Below are positions 13,485 to 28,334 of a DNA stretch of 64,000 bases, piece by piece. Made by a program: the position numbers and the translations under genes. Source of the DNA: the human T2T-CHM13v2.0 reference genome, Homo sapiens. The DNA lies in NCBI GenBank assembly GCA_009914755.4, contig CP068257.2, positions 28,928,001 through 28,992,000 on the forward strand, given 5' to 3'. Each line of letters begins with the position of its first letter. Position 1 is the stretch's first letter. The notes under the pieces are model-generated. The model was not told the origin of the DNA and made no database searches. It saw only the letters and a program-made list of their open reading frames with translations.

Positions 13485-15900
13485 CACATATTTGCTGAAT
13501 GAATTAATGCATGGATGTGTGAATGAATAGATGAATTCTTACAAGAAACGTATTAATGGCTCAGAATGATTTTAAACAAAAGGAAATCTTTTATACTGGG
13601 TAACTAAATATTAACTAATCTCTGTAGTAAAATGTTGACAGTTAAATCATGTGCCCTCAATGAGATTACCTCCCTCCTTTAAAGTTTTGGTCATTTAGAT
13701 TTCAGTTTTTGAATTCATTAGTAGTTTTCACGGCATTACATGTATCCTGATAACCCCGTTTTAAGGAGACAGTTTGTAAATAACATCCAAGATTACAAGG
13801 TGATTTACAGCTTGGAGTACTTATTTGATTATAGGTAGAAGGAAGGCATATAAAGCTAAGTTTGGCAAACAGTTTTGTAGCATTAGGACCAAAATTGTTG
13901 TACAACCAGAAGATTCTCCTCTGCGCTTATATTTTAACAAGTATTGATTACTTGGCATGAATTCCACCTGTGTGACTTTATTTTTTCAGACATTTAAGCA
14001 TTGATCGAAGACCTGGATGGCCAACATCATTTATGAGATCTTGATATACACATAATTTATATTTAGGATTCCAGTAATGCTGACCATGTTTTGTCACTCA
14101 AAAGCATAATCGTTATTGTTGTGAATGTGTTACTGTCATTTTTTATCTGGAGAATAGAATGTTTAGTTAAGCCCATTACCTCATGCTCTTGGGCCTTAAT
14201 ACCAGGATAAAAGCAAGATACAGGTGCTTGGATAGCTGTGATTAAACAGCTTAGATAATTCAGTAAGTTTCAAACATATTTACATAAAAACAATTAGAAA
14301 AAGATAGTTTAAAAGCTTTCAGAAAAAATAAGATAATTTTCTTTAAAATTATCTTTAAAATAAATTTCTTTAAAAATAAAAACATTTCATAGTATTTTAA
14401 TGTGACTTGTAATTGGCACAAAAAGGAAATATCTTGCACCAAGATAAATTTAATTATTGTTAAATATGTGCTCAATAATTTTATTCTAGTCTGTTATTTA
14501 TTAATTTCTTAAAGAAACATACCTTTAGATACTAACATTTTGCTCAGAGCCCAGGTTCCTTTTCAATCTAATTAATTTATTTATGTCAACACATTTGACT
14601 AAGAGCAGTTCTTTCTTGCAAGTAACTTCTCCTCCAGAGATCCTAAGGCTTTGCTGGATTTTATTCATAGAGCTCTTTCAGCCTGCCATCTCCTTTAACA
14701 GCCCTCAATGACAAGACAGCTCATTCTGGCAAAATAGAAAAGGAGTGCTTTGATTTAAGAAGAAGGACATGTGAAACAACAGAGGCATGTTTTCACTATA
14801 TGTTTACAAATGTAATACAAAATCTATATAGTAGCTTCTTGTGCATCCCACTAAAGTGAAGTTCTACCATATTGGTTCATTAGTGATACAGCAAGTCCAA
14901 AGTCATCTATCCCTTGGCATGGAAGCGATGATAGCAAACTTGGCATGTGAGGTACAATGAATCTCCCTATTCCACTGGCTTTGAATTTATTAAAAATTTG
15001 TATTAATGTCCAGAACTATTGGGGAACTAACACTTGTTGAGTACAGTTTTATTTCTTATATCATTAAAACATCACACAATCCAAAGAGATAAATATATCC
15101 TCACTTTTACAAATTAAAAAACTGAGGCAAAAAGAAGTCGAGTAATTGGCTAAAAGTCATATGAAAAGTAAGGAGAACAGTGATGGTCCAAACTCAGACC
15201 TACCCAGCTATGTGACGGTAGCATCGCTTTATAAAAATTCATTTTTTATCTGTTCCTTTTAACTTAAAAAATGCCTACTACCATACATATCACTTGTCCT
15301 TTCCTTGGAAAAATCAAGGGTTAAAATATTTGATGTTTTCTCAGCACACCTCTTTAGAGCAGACATGAACACAATGTGCCTTGAAATTTACTCCACTCAC
15401 CATTTAGAAAGATGGAAATTGGAGTGATACCAGATTTTTTTTCTAACCTATCCTATAAAGACACACTAAAAATCACCTTCTAATAAGGGAATACCACACT
15501 GGGCATGAGTAAACAGGGATTACAACAAGCTGACCAGCTATAAACCATGAGACATACTGCATGGTTTTTCAGATCTTCTGCAAATAAGCTGAAGAACGAC
15601 AGTCAAAAGGATGTGAAGTACAAAACACGAATTATGGCTGCAGGGAAGCTCAACATGAGATGATGCAGCGAACATACAGTCTGACTGAAAAGGCCAAAAG
15701 CCAGGGTATGTAAGGAAAATAAAGCTACTGTTTTGGATAATAGCATTGGTTGTGCTGTGACTAAAATGACTAAATGAGATTGAAAATCTACCATGATTAA
15801 AATTAATTAATATAAATTATTGCAGTACCATGGAGGACCTGGTTCTTAACAATGCACACTCTGTGGAAGAAAGCATTCATTCATGTATTGGTATTTTTAG

Positions 15901-16229
<329 letters not shown>

Positions 16230-17098
16230 TATATATTTATAATTTGTAATTGATGTGTTAATTCATTATTTGGGAGTTAACAAACTCAGGAGCCAGAACA
16301 CTGTTAACAGGGACTCTGCTAAGTGCTGAGAATACAAACATATATCAGGCAAGAACAAAGGCTTCAATAATTCGTAATTATGATTTATACTTCCTGCTTT
16401 GTACATTTGTGCCTTTATGTACACAGTTTTCTCCACCTGAAATGACCTTCCATCTTGACTTCATCTGGCTACTTCATCATTGTCATAGAAAACCCCCCTT
16501 ATTTGTCTCTGCACCCTGAATGAGTCACCTTATCCTCTATCTCTTGTCCATATTTTATGTTTCCATAACACCCCTGTGGTCTTTCCTCTCACAGCGCTTA
16601 CCTGTAATGTAGACTCACCTGTCTACTAACTTACTAAACTATAAGCTCTTTCATGGTAGGGATTATGTCTTGTTTCTCTTTTTATAATAGATGCTCAGTT
16701 TACACCATGTGTGTAAATGAATGAATGAATAAATCTTATTGGGATAGATCTAAAATAAATGGTAAAAAAACAAAGTCTATGTCTTATAATTAAGTAAGGG
16801 AAGAGTTCTGTGGGCAATGAGTGAAGAGATCATCTGGGTCTGCCTGACATGACTAAGTAGGTTCTGTGGGAGGCAGGCAAAGAAACACTTCTCAGATAAT
16901 GCAGTGCTCCAGTGAAGACTTCACAGTTGACTCAGCTATAGCTCATCAGGCAGAATAGATTTTCTCATAGATGTTGTGAGTTATCCACAGATAAGAAGGA
17001 CTGAGAATGCATGCCATGGTCAGCAAATTTTTAGTAGAAAAAACAGGATAAAATGACTGTTGGTATATGAAGGAGAAGCAGAAAATGACACCAGACTC

Positions 17099-17533
17099 TG
17101 ATATGGTTTGGCTCTGTGTCCCCACCCAATTCTCATCTCAAGTTGTAATCCCCGCGAGTCCAGGAAGGAACTTGGTGGGAAGTAGGTAGATATGGGGGCG
17201 GTATCCCCCATGCTGTTTTCATGAGAGTGAGGGAGTTCTCATGAGATCTAATGGTTTAAAAGTGGCAGTTTCCCCTGTGCTCTCTCTTTCCTGCTGCCAT
17301 GTAAGATGTGCCTTGCTTTCCCTTCACCTTCTGCCATGATTATAAGTTTCCTGAGGCCTCGTCAGCCATGCAGAACTGTGAGTTATATGGTTTCTGTGTT
17401 ATATAGTTTCTATATAGTTATATAGAACGGTGAGGATATAGTTTCTTCTGAGACTAAGAAGCCAGCTCTTACCTTTACAGATTACCCAATCTTGGGCAGT
17501 TCTTTATAGCAGTGTGAAAACAGACTAATACAA
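17099..17533 (+). mobile_element. THE1/MST-type MaLR LTR
   Basis: It starts 'tgatatggtttggctctgtgtccccacccaattctcatctcaagttgtaatccc', the canonical THE1 5' end. It ends '...agcagtgtgaaaacagactaataca', the canonical 3' end. The 3' third (17395-17462) is diverged or interrupted. Confidence 0.75.
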
Positions 17534-20500
17534 ACACTAACCCAGACTGGATCATGAAGGAGTCTTATGCCCTGCTTATAAGGTCAGATTTTGTGCATTA
17601 ATTGATGGAGCCAAAGAGCAAGGACAGACCTCCCGCTGACAGCAGGAAAACAGTCTTTCAGGTAGACTAGTAAGAAGCACCAAAAATGCAAGAGAACCAA
17701 AGTAAGAAAAGCATATAACAGAAGCCAAGGAATGAAGTGGCCGTTAGTGCCAAATGACACTAGGAGGGCAAACATGAGATATCAAAAAGACTGAGTAATT
17801 AGTGGGCCATTGGTGACCTAAATGAGAACAATCCTTGGGTTACAGTGAGAGGAAGAGACAAGTTAGAGTGTATTGAAGACTGAATGAGAAGCATCAGAGA
17901 AAACTATATCAAACCTTAGATTTAAAGAAGGTTAGAGAAAGCTAGCCAGGAGTGATCTGGTGTTGAGACAGGCTTTTTTAATATCAAAAGACTTGAGCAT
18001 GTTTATAGACTGACTGTAAGGCGTCAGTGGAAAAAAAAAGAAGCTAAAATATAGTAGACAGAGAGGAAAATTTATCAAGCAAGGCGTTGAAGGAGATGGC
18101 ATTTAAAGCAAAAGTGGAAGAATGATTTTTCTGAAGAGGAGAGAGGATATAGTTTCTTCTGAGACTAAGATAAAAGGCTAAAAGACAGGTGCAAATGTAG
18201 ATAAGTGTGTGGGAAGGGAGTTGATAGAGTTTTCCCGTGATAGATTCTCCTTTCTCCATGAAAAAGAGGCAATTGTTACAAGCAGAAGGAGGAGCAGAAG
18301 GCAGAAGTAAGCTTTGAACAAGGGGCTTTAGAGATAATAGTGAAGGGGTGGAGTAGCTGCACTGAAAGCAAGAAAGAAAGAGTCCTGAAAACAAGTGAAA
18401 GGATTCCCAAATAGCACCAAGGACTCAGTCAAAACAAGAATCCTGTAAATGCATGGTGGCAACATTCCATGAGGTTCTGGGATTTCCTCCAATAGCAGCG
18501 AGGAGCCTGAGTTTGGAGGAGAGAAGCCTTGGATTAATGCACAGATGAAGGTTTGCAGCGTAGGGGAATAGGAAGAGGAGATAATTTGCTGAAAGAAGTG
18601 TGATTGATGAGATAAATAGGATAGATCAAGGGCCATATAGTTTGTGGTTTAAACTGGATATGAGTGGTGCACTATTAAAAATAATGTCAGGACAGTAGAT
18701 ATAAACCAAAGGACACATAGGAAATTAAGTGAAGAACATGACAGATTAAAAGAGGTGTCGGATAAGGAACAATCAATCTATATTATTTCAATAAAATGGC
18801 ATGGCTATAATAGAGGTGTGAAGAACTGGGACAATTGAGATTTACTGACTTGGGTTTCATTTTTAGAAAAAGAGAACCGTCTGATATTAAGTGTGGCTCA
18901 GGGAATGACTTGCTAAAGTAGAACAGAGGTGATGAGATTGAGGAATTTTGAGGCCAGAGTGCTTAAATTGGTTGTCTACCTGATAATTTGATGAACTAAA
19001 TGTAAGAATAGAATTTGGAGCCCGGTGCGATAGTCTTTGAAGTATGTAAGTTAGAGACTGTGATGGTGGTATAGTAGATGGCAGTTACTGGAAACCGTGA
19101 TAAGGTGCTGGATCAAATAAAGTAAATATATAAGGTACCTAAAAGAAAAGCCTGATAGTGCCCAATGAGCAGGAAGTCGTCTTTGTTATCTGCCAGGAAA
19201 CCCAAGCCTGTATGCCAGCTTTATCCATCTGCTAAGCACAGAGAAAACAAAGGCAGCCAGCCAAAGAAGATTGTCCTAGCCCTTGCTGTTCCTTCTTCCC
19301 TGCTTTTTGACTCAGCATAGGGTACAGAAAGCAGCTAGTTTGTGGTTAAAGAGGTAAACATTAAAAGTAGAGAACAAAATGATCATGCTCCATTCCGCTC
19401 TCCTACCACAGGTTGCTAACTCTGTGTCATCTGGACCATTGTTTTTTACACTTGTGCTTTGGTTTTCTTATTTATAAAATGACAGTAATATTTGGATTTA
19501 CTTAATGAGGTTATGGAAAATATAAAATGAGTTTATAGACATCAAGCACTTAGATGAGAGATTTGCATGTAATAGTAAGTGCCATGTGGCAGGTACTACC
19601 ATTTATCATCATCATCATCACCATCATTTGTCATCACACATTGAGTGTTGGGTCTGCAAGCCTTTCCCTCTCGCTAGCCTAGAGTTTGCATGTGCTACTC
19701 ACATAGGGAGTTGTGTTTGAATGGGTTGTGAATACCCAAAGTCAATCTAGAAAGGGCTAGAAGAGAAGGCAGCAGCAGGAGAATAGATTAGATGGGAAAA
19801 AGCAGAGAACAGACCAAGGAGCATTTGAGGCCCAGATGCCTGGAGGATCTGCTATTTAAGTGAACAGTAAGAAGTCACTGTGTAGACAGATTGCTACCCA
19901 CATCTCAAGTGTATTTGATCAAACTTTCACCAGACCAGCATCTACAGCTGCACATGAATGTGCAAGTGTAGTAAATTGTATCATTATTCCCAAGTATTCT
20001 TTCTTGTTTGCTCTGTAAAAAAAGTATACATTCAGAACTCCACTGAAGCTGGGTTTATTATGTGACCTGTTTGCTCAAGGAATACAAGGAGATGTAATTG
20101 ACATCACATCTGAACACACCCTTTCGGAGATACAACTAGTTTTGCCAGCAATCTTGCCTTTCTCTGTTGCCACAAAATGTCCTCAAGCAAGGCTGTTCCT
20201 TCTGCCTGGGTCCCAGGAAGGGAAAACAGGAAAAGAAGACACACAGCAGTTGACCCAAACATGTAACATGAGTGAAAAACAATGACTTGTTTTTGTAGTT
20301 AGCTGTGAGGCTGAAATTGTCACCTGAGCAAAGCTTACTATGCAGAAATTGTTACAAAAGGTAGAATGTTAATATATTTAAAAACAGATATCTGTAATTG
20401 CTTTTAGATTAATGTGGTGGGCAGGGGAGAAAGCTCTAAGTGGAAGGTGGAAAAATGTTGACCCATTTTACACAGTGCAAAATATTTGGTAGAATTTTGG

Positions 20501-20739
20501 TTTGTAATAATTTTGAAAGACGGAAATGAACTTCTGGCTTCAGATGAAGAGATCATGAAGCAGAATGCATTACTGTGCCTTTTTTTGTTATTTTTCCATT
20601 TAGTCAGCTTTTTGCAGTGTTATCAGAGGTTAATATGCTATAACTAACTTTCTATAAATAAATCATGAATTATTAGGTATTAAATTGTTAAAAACTTTAT
20701 GTAATTAACTTCATTTTTATGTCAACAAATGAAATTCCT

Positions 20740-20933
20740 TGGTTTTTGTTTTGTTTTGTTATTTTGTTGTTGTTTTGTTTTGTTTTGAGACAGAGTCTCA
20801 CTCTGTTGCCCAGGCTGGAGTGCAGGGGCATGCGATCTCAGCTCACTGCAATGTCTGCCTTCTGAGCTCAAGCAATTCTCTTGCCTCAGCCTCCCGAGTA
20901 ACTGAGATTACAGGCACGCACTACCATGCCCAG
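20740..20933 (-). mobile_element. Truncated Alu, antisense, about 160 bp plus (TTTTG)n tail
   Basis: gagacagagtctcactctgttgcccaggctggagtgcaggggcatgcgatctcagctcactgcaatgtctgcc ... cctcccgagtaactgagattacaggcacgcactaccatgcccag. Confidence 0.8.
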
Positions 20934-22689
20934 TTATAAAATTCCTTGTTTTATCCACTATTATTTCTTGTGATGTTATCTCTGGAGGAAAAGGTGAATA
21001 AATAGAAGATATATTTTACATCTATAAAAAATTTTATTGAACTTTAAAATCCCAAGAAAAAAGATTGTAAGAAAAAGAAGTAAATAAGTACAAACCAACA
21101 TTCATTTTGCTCATTTCAGCTTATATATAGTTAAAAAACTGTTAGTATCAATAAGAAGAATCTCATTTTAATGCGTAATATCATGGTTCTTTTATTTTCT
21201 GGTACGTAATGTGTTGTCATTTAAATTCAAATAAAATTTAAGGCTGATGTGTGAGTTTAATAAATACAATTTATGATTAGTAAAATGTGGATATTTATTT
21301 TAGGAAAAAATAGAAAATATTAGATTGGCACAAAAATTATTGCATTTTATGTCATTACTTTTAATAGCAAAAACCTCAAGAACTTTCGCACCAATCTAAT
21401 AAATGAAAAGGAAGTAAAACTTTTACATTTCCATTGCCCTACAATAATCAATACCAATATTTTCATGTATATTCTTCCTATATTTTTCCATTTCTATTTT
21501 AACATTTTGAAATTATTCTGCATACACATTTTTAGGCTGGGTTTTTTCTTTGGTATTAATATTTTCTAATGGCATCAACATTTTCTAAAAGATCATTTTG
21601 TTGACTGTATAAGATTCCCAAAATATTTTATGATTTAATGATTTTTGAATCAATCCCATATTGTGGAATATCATTATATTTCAAACAACAAGGAAATTGA
21701 CCCTTTGGGGACAGTACCTACCGTCATCACATTGAGCCATGTTTTTTGCTTCCTTTAAACAGACGAACATCTGTGACAATTTTCTAGTATTAATTAGCAG
21801 GCTGCTCCAAGATGGGCATTTTCTTCTCCCAGAAGATAGAAAACTTTGAGGGAGAAGACAATGAAACACCTGCAGATTATATATATTTTTTCTGTTAAAG
21901 AATTTTAACGATGCTTTTTAGAATACCACATGAAATAAGAGAGTTGAAATTGGATGTCAACAAGGGCACACCACATCTGTTGTAAGAGAAGGTAATGAGG
22001 AGAGCCTGACAAAGGCCCCTATTCAGAACATGAACTCACTTAACTTTCAGAGTCTCACTCAGCTGCACAGTGTGAAAATCTTTCTGCTGACAACCCTAAC
22101 CAATGAAGGATAAATGCTGTTCCTATGCTAGACACATTTGAAAAAGCCAGTCTTCATGCAGAGTTATTGAAGTAAAGAGAGAACAGGCTCAATATTGGTA
22201 AGAAATAATGTATCAATAAAGGACAAAAAAATACTTTTTTGACATTTACCCTCTTGCTCTAAGAATTACATCTTATTACCATTTAAGGAATCAATCATAT
22301 GAATTATGTCTCAATAAATGTTAAATATTACATTTGTTTTATGAAAATTGTGTGATTTTACATAGTATTATTCAACCTGCTTTTTGACTTAAAATAGAAT
22401 GTAATTTTCAAAATAATGATAATAGAATTCTATCTCATTATTTTTTAAAAAGTATATAGAAGAAAAACCGTAACTTACAGCCACATCAGAATAACTAGTC
22501 TTGGACTTGCCTTCCCACTACATTAAGCTAGACAAAATATGTGAAATAATTATTCTCAAAAATTGTACCTCAGATAGTTTAGGACAACAGTGCCCTAAAA
22601 AGGGAAACAAGCTATTTGAGTCCTAAAATCACCAAGCTTTCTACCCATAATTCTCTCAGGCCTACTCCCTTAGTTCATTTTGTGCTCCT

Positions 22690-23045
22690 CTAACAGAATA
22701 CCTGAAATTGGAGCATTTACAAAGAACAGAGATTCATTTTTCACAGTTCTGGAGGGCAGAAAGTCCAAGGTTGAGTGTCCCAGAGCTGGCAAGGAAGATC
22801 TTGCTGTACCATCCCATGGCAGAAGGCAGAAGGGCGAGAGGGCATGTGAGAGTGAAGAAGGGCACCAAACTCATCCTTTTATCTGGAGTCCACTCCCACA
22901 CTAACAGCATTCATTCACCAATGAGCCCCCATGACCTAACAAACTCTTAAAGGTCCCACCTCGCAATAATGTTGCATTGATGATTCAGTTTCTAATATAT
23001 GGACTTAAGGGGACACATTCAAATCACGGCACCTACATTTCAGGG
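22690..23045. mobile_element. Ancient interspersed repeat, unclassified
   Basis: 'cacagttctggagggcagaaagtccaaggttgagtgtcccagagctggcaag ... ccactcccacactaacagcattcattcaccaatgagcccc' matches a high-copy primate repeat family. I could not confidently name it. Confidence 0.35.
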
Positions 23046-24641
23046 AGGGAAAACCCAGTGACAGCACAATGATCTTACTGTGTTGAGGACAAAGATGTCA
23101 AAGTCTAAAGAGTGTCTGTACATTTAAAGTAAGAACAGAAAAAAGGACTACACAAAGAAAGAAATCTAGTTATTTACAGAGTGGTCCTCACGAGCAAGCT
23201 TTGTTGAACACTAAGACACAAAGTGAATAGCGAAACTCCCTGAGAAGGAGAAAAGAACAGCTGAGCATGTGCAAGCCAAATAATCTCCAGAACTCATGGA
23301 GGACTGGGAGATACATTTGAGTTCTTCGAATCGGAGTGGAGAGACTTTATTGAAAAGCAGACCCCCAAAAAAGGGCACCTCACTAGTTAGGTCAACTGGC
23401 ATTGCAGTGAAGGTTACATTGGATGCACCAAGTTGTGAAACTATCAAAGAATACAAAAGTAACTACCAGCAAAACCGACATCCACACTAAAGAAAGACAA
23501 CAAAATCTACGTTCTAAACAACATGTCACTAACGTTGGCATGTATTAAATATTATTAGGCAAGCAAAGAAACAGAAAAGAGTTGTGAATGTTTGGAAACA
23601 AAATAAGTCAGTAAAACAAAACCAGAAATAACAGAGATGATAGAATGAGTATATTGAGACCTTAAAAGAAGTGTCATAAATATGCTGAAGGATGTAAAGG
23701 AATTCATGAAAATGAGAAGATAAGTGAAAGATAAAAAAATTTTAAATCTACATCTCAAAAATACATGTCATACTGACGTAAAAATTCAAAGGATGATATT
23801 AAAATCGTATTTAACACTGCAGAAGGAAAGATCAGTGAATTTGAAAATTGAGCAATAGAGATTACCAAAACTTACATACAGAGAGAAAAAATGAACTTAA
23901 CAAAAATAACGATCAGATCCTCAGTTATCTGTGGAACAATATTGACTAGTGGACTATGTATTTATACATTGTATAAACATGTACAGGACAGAGAAACAGG
24001 ACAATTTACATATGTACATATATGTTTATTTATGTATAGTTGAGAATGAGGAAGAGAGATTGATTGTACGAACTGTCTCTCATACAGCTGTGGAGGCTCG
24101 GAAGTCCCATCGCCTGCCATCTGTAAGCTGGACAGTCAGAAAAATCCAGTGGCAAGATTTAGTCCAAGTCTAAACGTTTGAGAACTGGGGTGAGAGGGCG
24201 CGGTGTAAGTCTATGTCTGAGTCCAAAACTCTGAGAACCAGGAGCACTCATGTCCAAGCACAGAAGATAGATGTCTCAGCTTAATCGGAGAGTGAATGTG
24301 CCTTTCTTTTGCTATTTTATTCTATTTAGTCCCTGAACAGACTGATTTATGTCCACCTGCGTTGAGACATAGATCCATTGAGAGGGATCTTCTTTACTCA
24401 GTCTACTGATTCAAATGCTAATCTCTTCTGGAAAACCTTCATCAACACACCCAAAATAACATTTTACCAGTAATCTGAGTATCCCTTAACCCAATCAACT
24501 TGACACACAAAATGAAACATTGTGTACATTTAGAAGAGGGGGGATCAGAAAAAGTACTTGAAAAATAAATGGCTGAAATATTTCCCAAAAAACACCTATA
24601 ATTCTGAAGAGCAAAGAAGCTGCACAGGAACCAAGTAACAA

Positions 24642-24672
24642 GAACACACACACACAACACACACACACACGG
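24642..24672. repeat. (CA)n microsatellite
   Basis: acacacacacacaacacacacacacacgg. Confidence 0.8.
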
Positions 24673-26072
24673 AGATTATCATAATCAATATACAGGTAAA
24701 ATGAAAACATTTTATAAAATGTCTAATTTCTTGAATAATCAACCTTAATCAAAAAGAATAATCATAATTTATGGGGTTTATGACATATAAAGGTAAAATT
24801 TATAACAACGATAGCAAAGGGTGATGGCAAGTAAGCATACTGCTACAAGGTTAATATATCAAGCATGAAATGGCACAGTGTGTTAATTAAGATGCATACC
24901 ATAGTTCTTAAAGCAGACATTACTGTAATAAATTTAGGCATATCTAATAAATAGTGGCAAAAACAAAATGCTAAAATATCAATTAATCCAAATAAAAACA
25001 GGAAAAAGAAGAAAAAGGAAAAAACAGATGAACCATAAACTGAGAAAATAATCTATACTTATTTGTTGGCTCATCTGTTCTTTCCCTTTTCCCCCTTATT
25101 TAAAGCTTGTATAACCAAATAATCAGAAGAAAACCAATTCAATAGAAAAGGGCAAAAGATTTAAACAAGTGTTTCACAAAAGATGATATGTGGATGGCAA
25201 ATGTGCATATGAAATGATGCACAACATTTTGAGTCTTCGAATTAAAGCCAAAATGAAATAACACTAAACACTTTATGAAATGACTGAAATGCAAAAGAAT
25301 GACAATACCAAGTGATGGTGAGAATGTGGAGGAATTAGAATGCTCATGCATTGATTAAGGAATGCAAATTGTACATCCTCTGAACAAAAGTTTAGCAAAT
25401 AAAGTCAAGCATGCTTTTACCATATGACCCACGCCCCCAAAAAGCATATGTCCATCATATTCATATTAACTTCAACCTTTAAAAAAAGTCAGAAACAGGT
25501 AAATGGATAAATAAATTATTTAATTCATTCAATGGGATGCTTCTCAATCATAATAACAAAAGGAGTACAGACACACACCAAAATAAGAATAAATCATAGA
25601 AGTACTCTGCATTATATCATCGTTATGTCCTTTTAGAAACGACCAAAGTAATGTATCGTGGTACAAATCATATCAGTGGCTACTTGGGGACTGGTTTAGG
25701 GTAAGGATTTACTTCTAAGATGTATCAGAGAAAGTTTGGGATTATGGAAAATTTTGATATCTTCATTGTGGTGGTGGTGACAGTTATACAGTTATATATT
25801 TGTCTATGTTCAGAAAAATCTGATCTTAGAGTGCATTTTATTTTATATAAACCATATTCCAATAAAGTTTATTTTCAAATTTCTGGTATTTTCCTAAATG
25901 AATAAGCCATACATATACATTTATAGACATATATACAGTGTATAATGTGTCTATATAATGTGTTATGTATGTATATTATATATATATGTGTTCATATATA
26001 ATATTTATTCTTTTGTTAATGCTCCTCTGGAAGGTCTTCCTAAAATGTTTCTTTAAAATAGGTACAATTGCC

Positions 26073-26230
26073 AGGCATGGTGGCTTGTGCCTGTAATCAC
26101 AGCTACTCAGGAGTCAGAGGCAGGAGGATCTCCAGAGACTAAAAGTTAGATGTTGTGGTGAGTTATGATTGCATCACAGCATTCAGCCTGGGCAACAGCG
26201 TGAGAACCTGTTTCAAAATAAATAAATAAC
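26073..26230 (+). mobile_element. Alu right-arm / free monomer fragment
   Basis: ccaggcatggtggcttgtgcctgtaatcacagctactcaggagtcagaggcaggaggatc ... cagcctgggcaacagcgtgagaacctgtttcaaaataaataaataa. Confidence 0.7.
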
Positions 26231-26514
26231 TAAATAATAAATAAAATAGCTAAAATTATTGAAAATTGGCACCACATGTTTATAAAATTCTATATCCTAA
26301 AAATACAATAAAACACTCATTTTCCTCTATCTGTGCTTTTATATATTATCAGTTATTTTAATTGTTAACCAGTCAGTAGAAAAAATTTTGTACTGTGATT
26401 CAATATCAGTATATTTCATTACTAGATAGAGTAAAAACCTTTGTATGTAATTGTTGGTTGTTCACATCTTTTCCTTTTGTAAATTGCATATATTATAGAG
26501 ATTATCTTTTTTTA

Positions 26515-26700
26515 ACTTTTATGCTCGGGGGTACAAATGCAGGTTTGCTGCATAGGTAGATTTGTGTCATGAGGATTTGTAGTACAGTTATTTTATCACC
26601 CAGATATTAAGCCTAGTACCCATTAGTTATTCTTCCTGGTCCTCTTTCTTCTCCCACCTTCTACCCTCCAAAAGGTCCCAGTGTGTGTTGTTCCCTTTTT
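26515..26700 (-). mobile_element. L1 3'-end fragment, antisense
   Basis: gggggtacaaatgcaggtttgctgcataggtagatttgtgtcatgaggatttgtagtacagttattttatcacccagatattaagcctagtacccattag ... aaaaggtcccagtgtgtgttgttccc. Confidence 0.7.
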
Positions 26701-27998
26701 TAAAATAGCTGATACATAATAATTAACTTTTTACAATCCAGGATTTTATTTTAGTCTTGTGTAACTGACTTTTGCAATGGAGGAAAGAGTTAATATTTTT
26801 ATAAAATAAAGTCAATCAATAACTTAGAGTGATTGGATTTTACATTTTCAGTAGGCAGGTCACTCCTAGAATTTTAGCAATGTTAATATTTATTTTCTTA
26901 TGTTTAGATATTTATTACCCCTGAAAATCATGGTTGTTACTGGAAGAAAAAAATATTTTTTCACACACACACACAAAAATACATAAACACAAACACTTTC
27001 TCAAAATGCTGGACAGTTCTTACATTATGTACCAAAATGTCCATCTTTTTTCCCCCTGGAATTTCTGTATTAATTAATTTTCTGTCCTATGATAGTGCCG
27101 TAGTTTTAAATCTCTCATCTCATTTCACTGTTTCAGTTTTTAATTCATTCCTAATATGTATATAGTAAAGTGCACTAATCCTACATATACAACTTAATGG
27201 ATTTTTATATATGTATACACTCATATAACCATTAGCTAGATCAAAATACAAAACATTTCCTCCACCCAGAAGATTCCACTGTGCCCTTTCTTATCCAATA
27301 CTCTCCTGCCCAGAGGTACCACTATTCTCACTTTTATTACTGATTAGTTTGTTCTTTTTTTGAACTTCCCATAACTAAATAAATAACAACATATGATGAG
27401 TATATTTTGTACCGATATGCATGTTGTTTCATTTTTGATACATAATTTTTTATTGATTTTTAAATCTGGTGTTCCAAACTGCCATAATGAAAGCATTGAT
27501 ACCCATTTGCACAATAAGTTAATAATTATGAAATACTATACAAAATATAGCAACCTCCGTCATTCTAGAGCACTAACTTGTATTGAGAATCAGAACTGTG
27601 TACAGGACTAAACACAAATTTTCAATCCTGCACAATCTCACCAAGAATCTTTCAGCTTTACCTTTCTAAAAGTTGATTTAATTTGGCATGACTGCAATAG
27701 AAATTAAAATGTTTAACCTTTAAATTTGTTAATCCATTAAATGGGATAATTTATGCAAATAATGAGCAGAGCCCCAACCTATATCTTAGTAAAAATGGAA
27801 TCACTTCCCTCTTATTTTCATTTTTCACCAGAGGAATGATCACCAACTTCTCTGCCCAGTCACTGGTTGGGCAAGTTGGGTTGGAACTGCTAATGGATTG
27901 ACTTTTTCACTCCAGGGAGGAAGGAATAGACAGCAATACAGTATTTTCACTTCCGTTTGCTTTCAGAAAGCCTGCACTTGGGGGCTGGGAGATACTTC

Positions 27999-28334
27999 AC
28001 TAGTCTCATATTGATCTATAAAGTGTGATCCCTACGTTGATCGTTGGTAGTTCTGCTACATTTAAGAGTAGCAAATGAATTAATATGTACTATTATCTGT
28101 TTATATTTTATTCTGATTGCTTTATCATAATTAATGACTAATCATTAATAATATTTAATAAGTGGATGGAATAAACATGATAAATTATCACAGGGAGTTT
28201 CATAGAAAGTCAGCTCTCATAATTAAGACCTATCACCAGAATGCATTTGGGCCAGAAATGTGGTTTGCAAGATGTTATTCTATCCAAGTCACCACTTTAA
28301 AAAATAGTAACAGGAATTCTGCTAGAAGATGATC
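27999..28334 (+). repeat. Left arm of a 336-bp inverted repeat flanking KRTAP22-2
   Basis: The reverse complement of 27999-28334 aligns end to end with 30128-30463 at roughly 94% identity, judged by eye. For example, 28270-28334 read in reverse complement gives 'tcatcttctagcagaattcctgttactattttttaaagtggtgacttggatagaataacatc', which is identical to 30128-30189. Flanking sequence beyond both arms does not match. Confidence 0.9.

Noticed and set aside
18044-18636. Two overlapping minus-strand ORFs of 116 and 102 aa in unique-looking sequence.
   Set aside because: No start context, splice signals or family resemblance. The amino-acid composition is unremarkable (Leu/Ser-rich). They are most likely chance ORFs in AT-poor intergenic DNA, and I cannot support them as genes.
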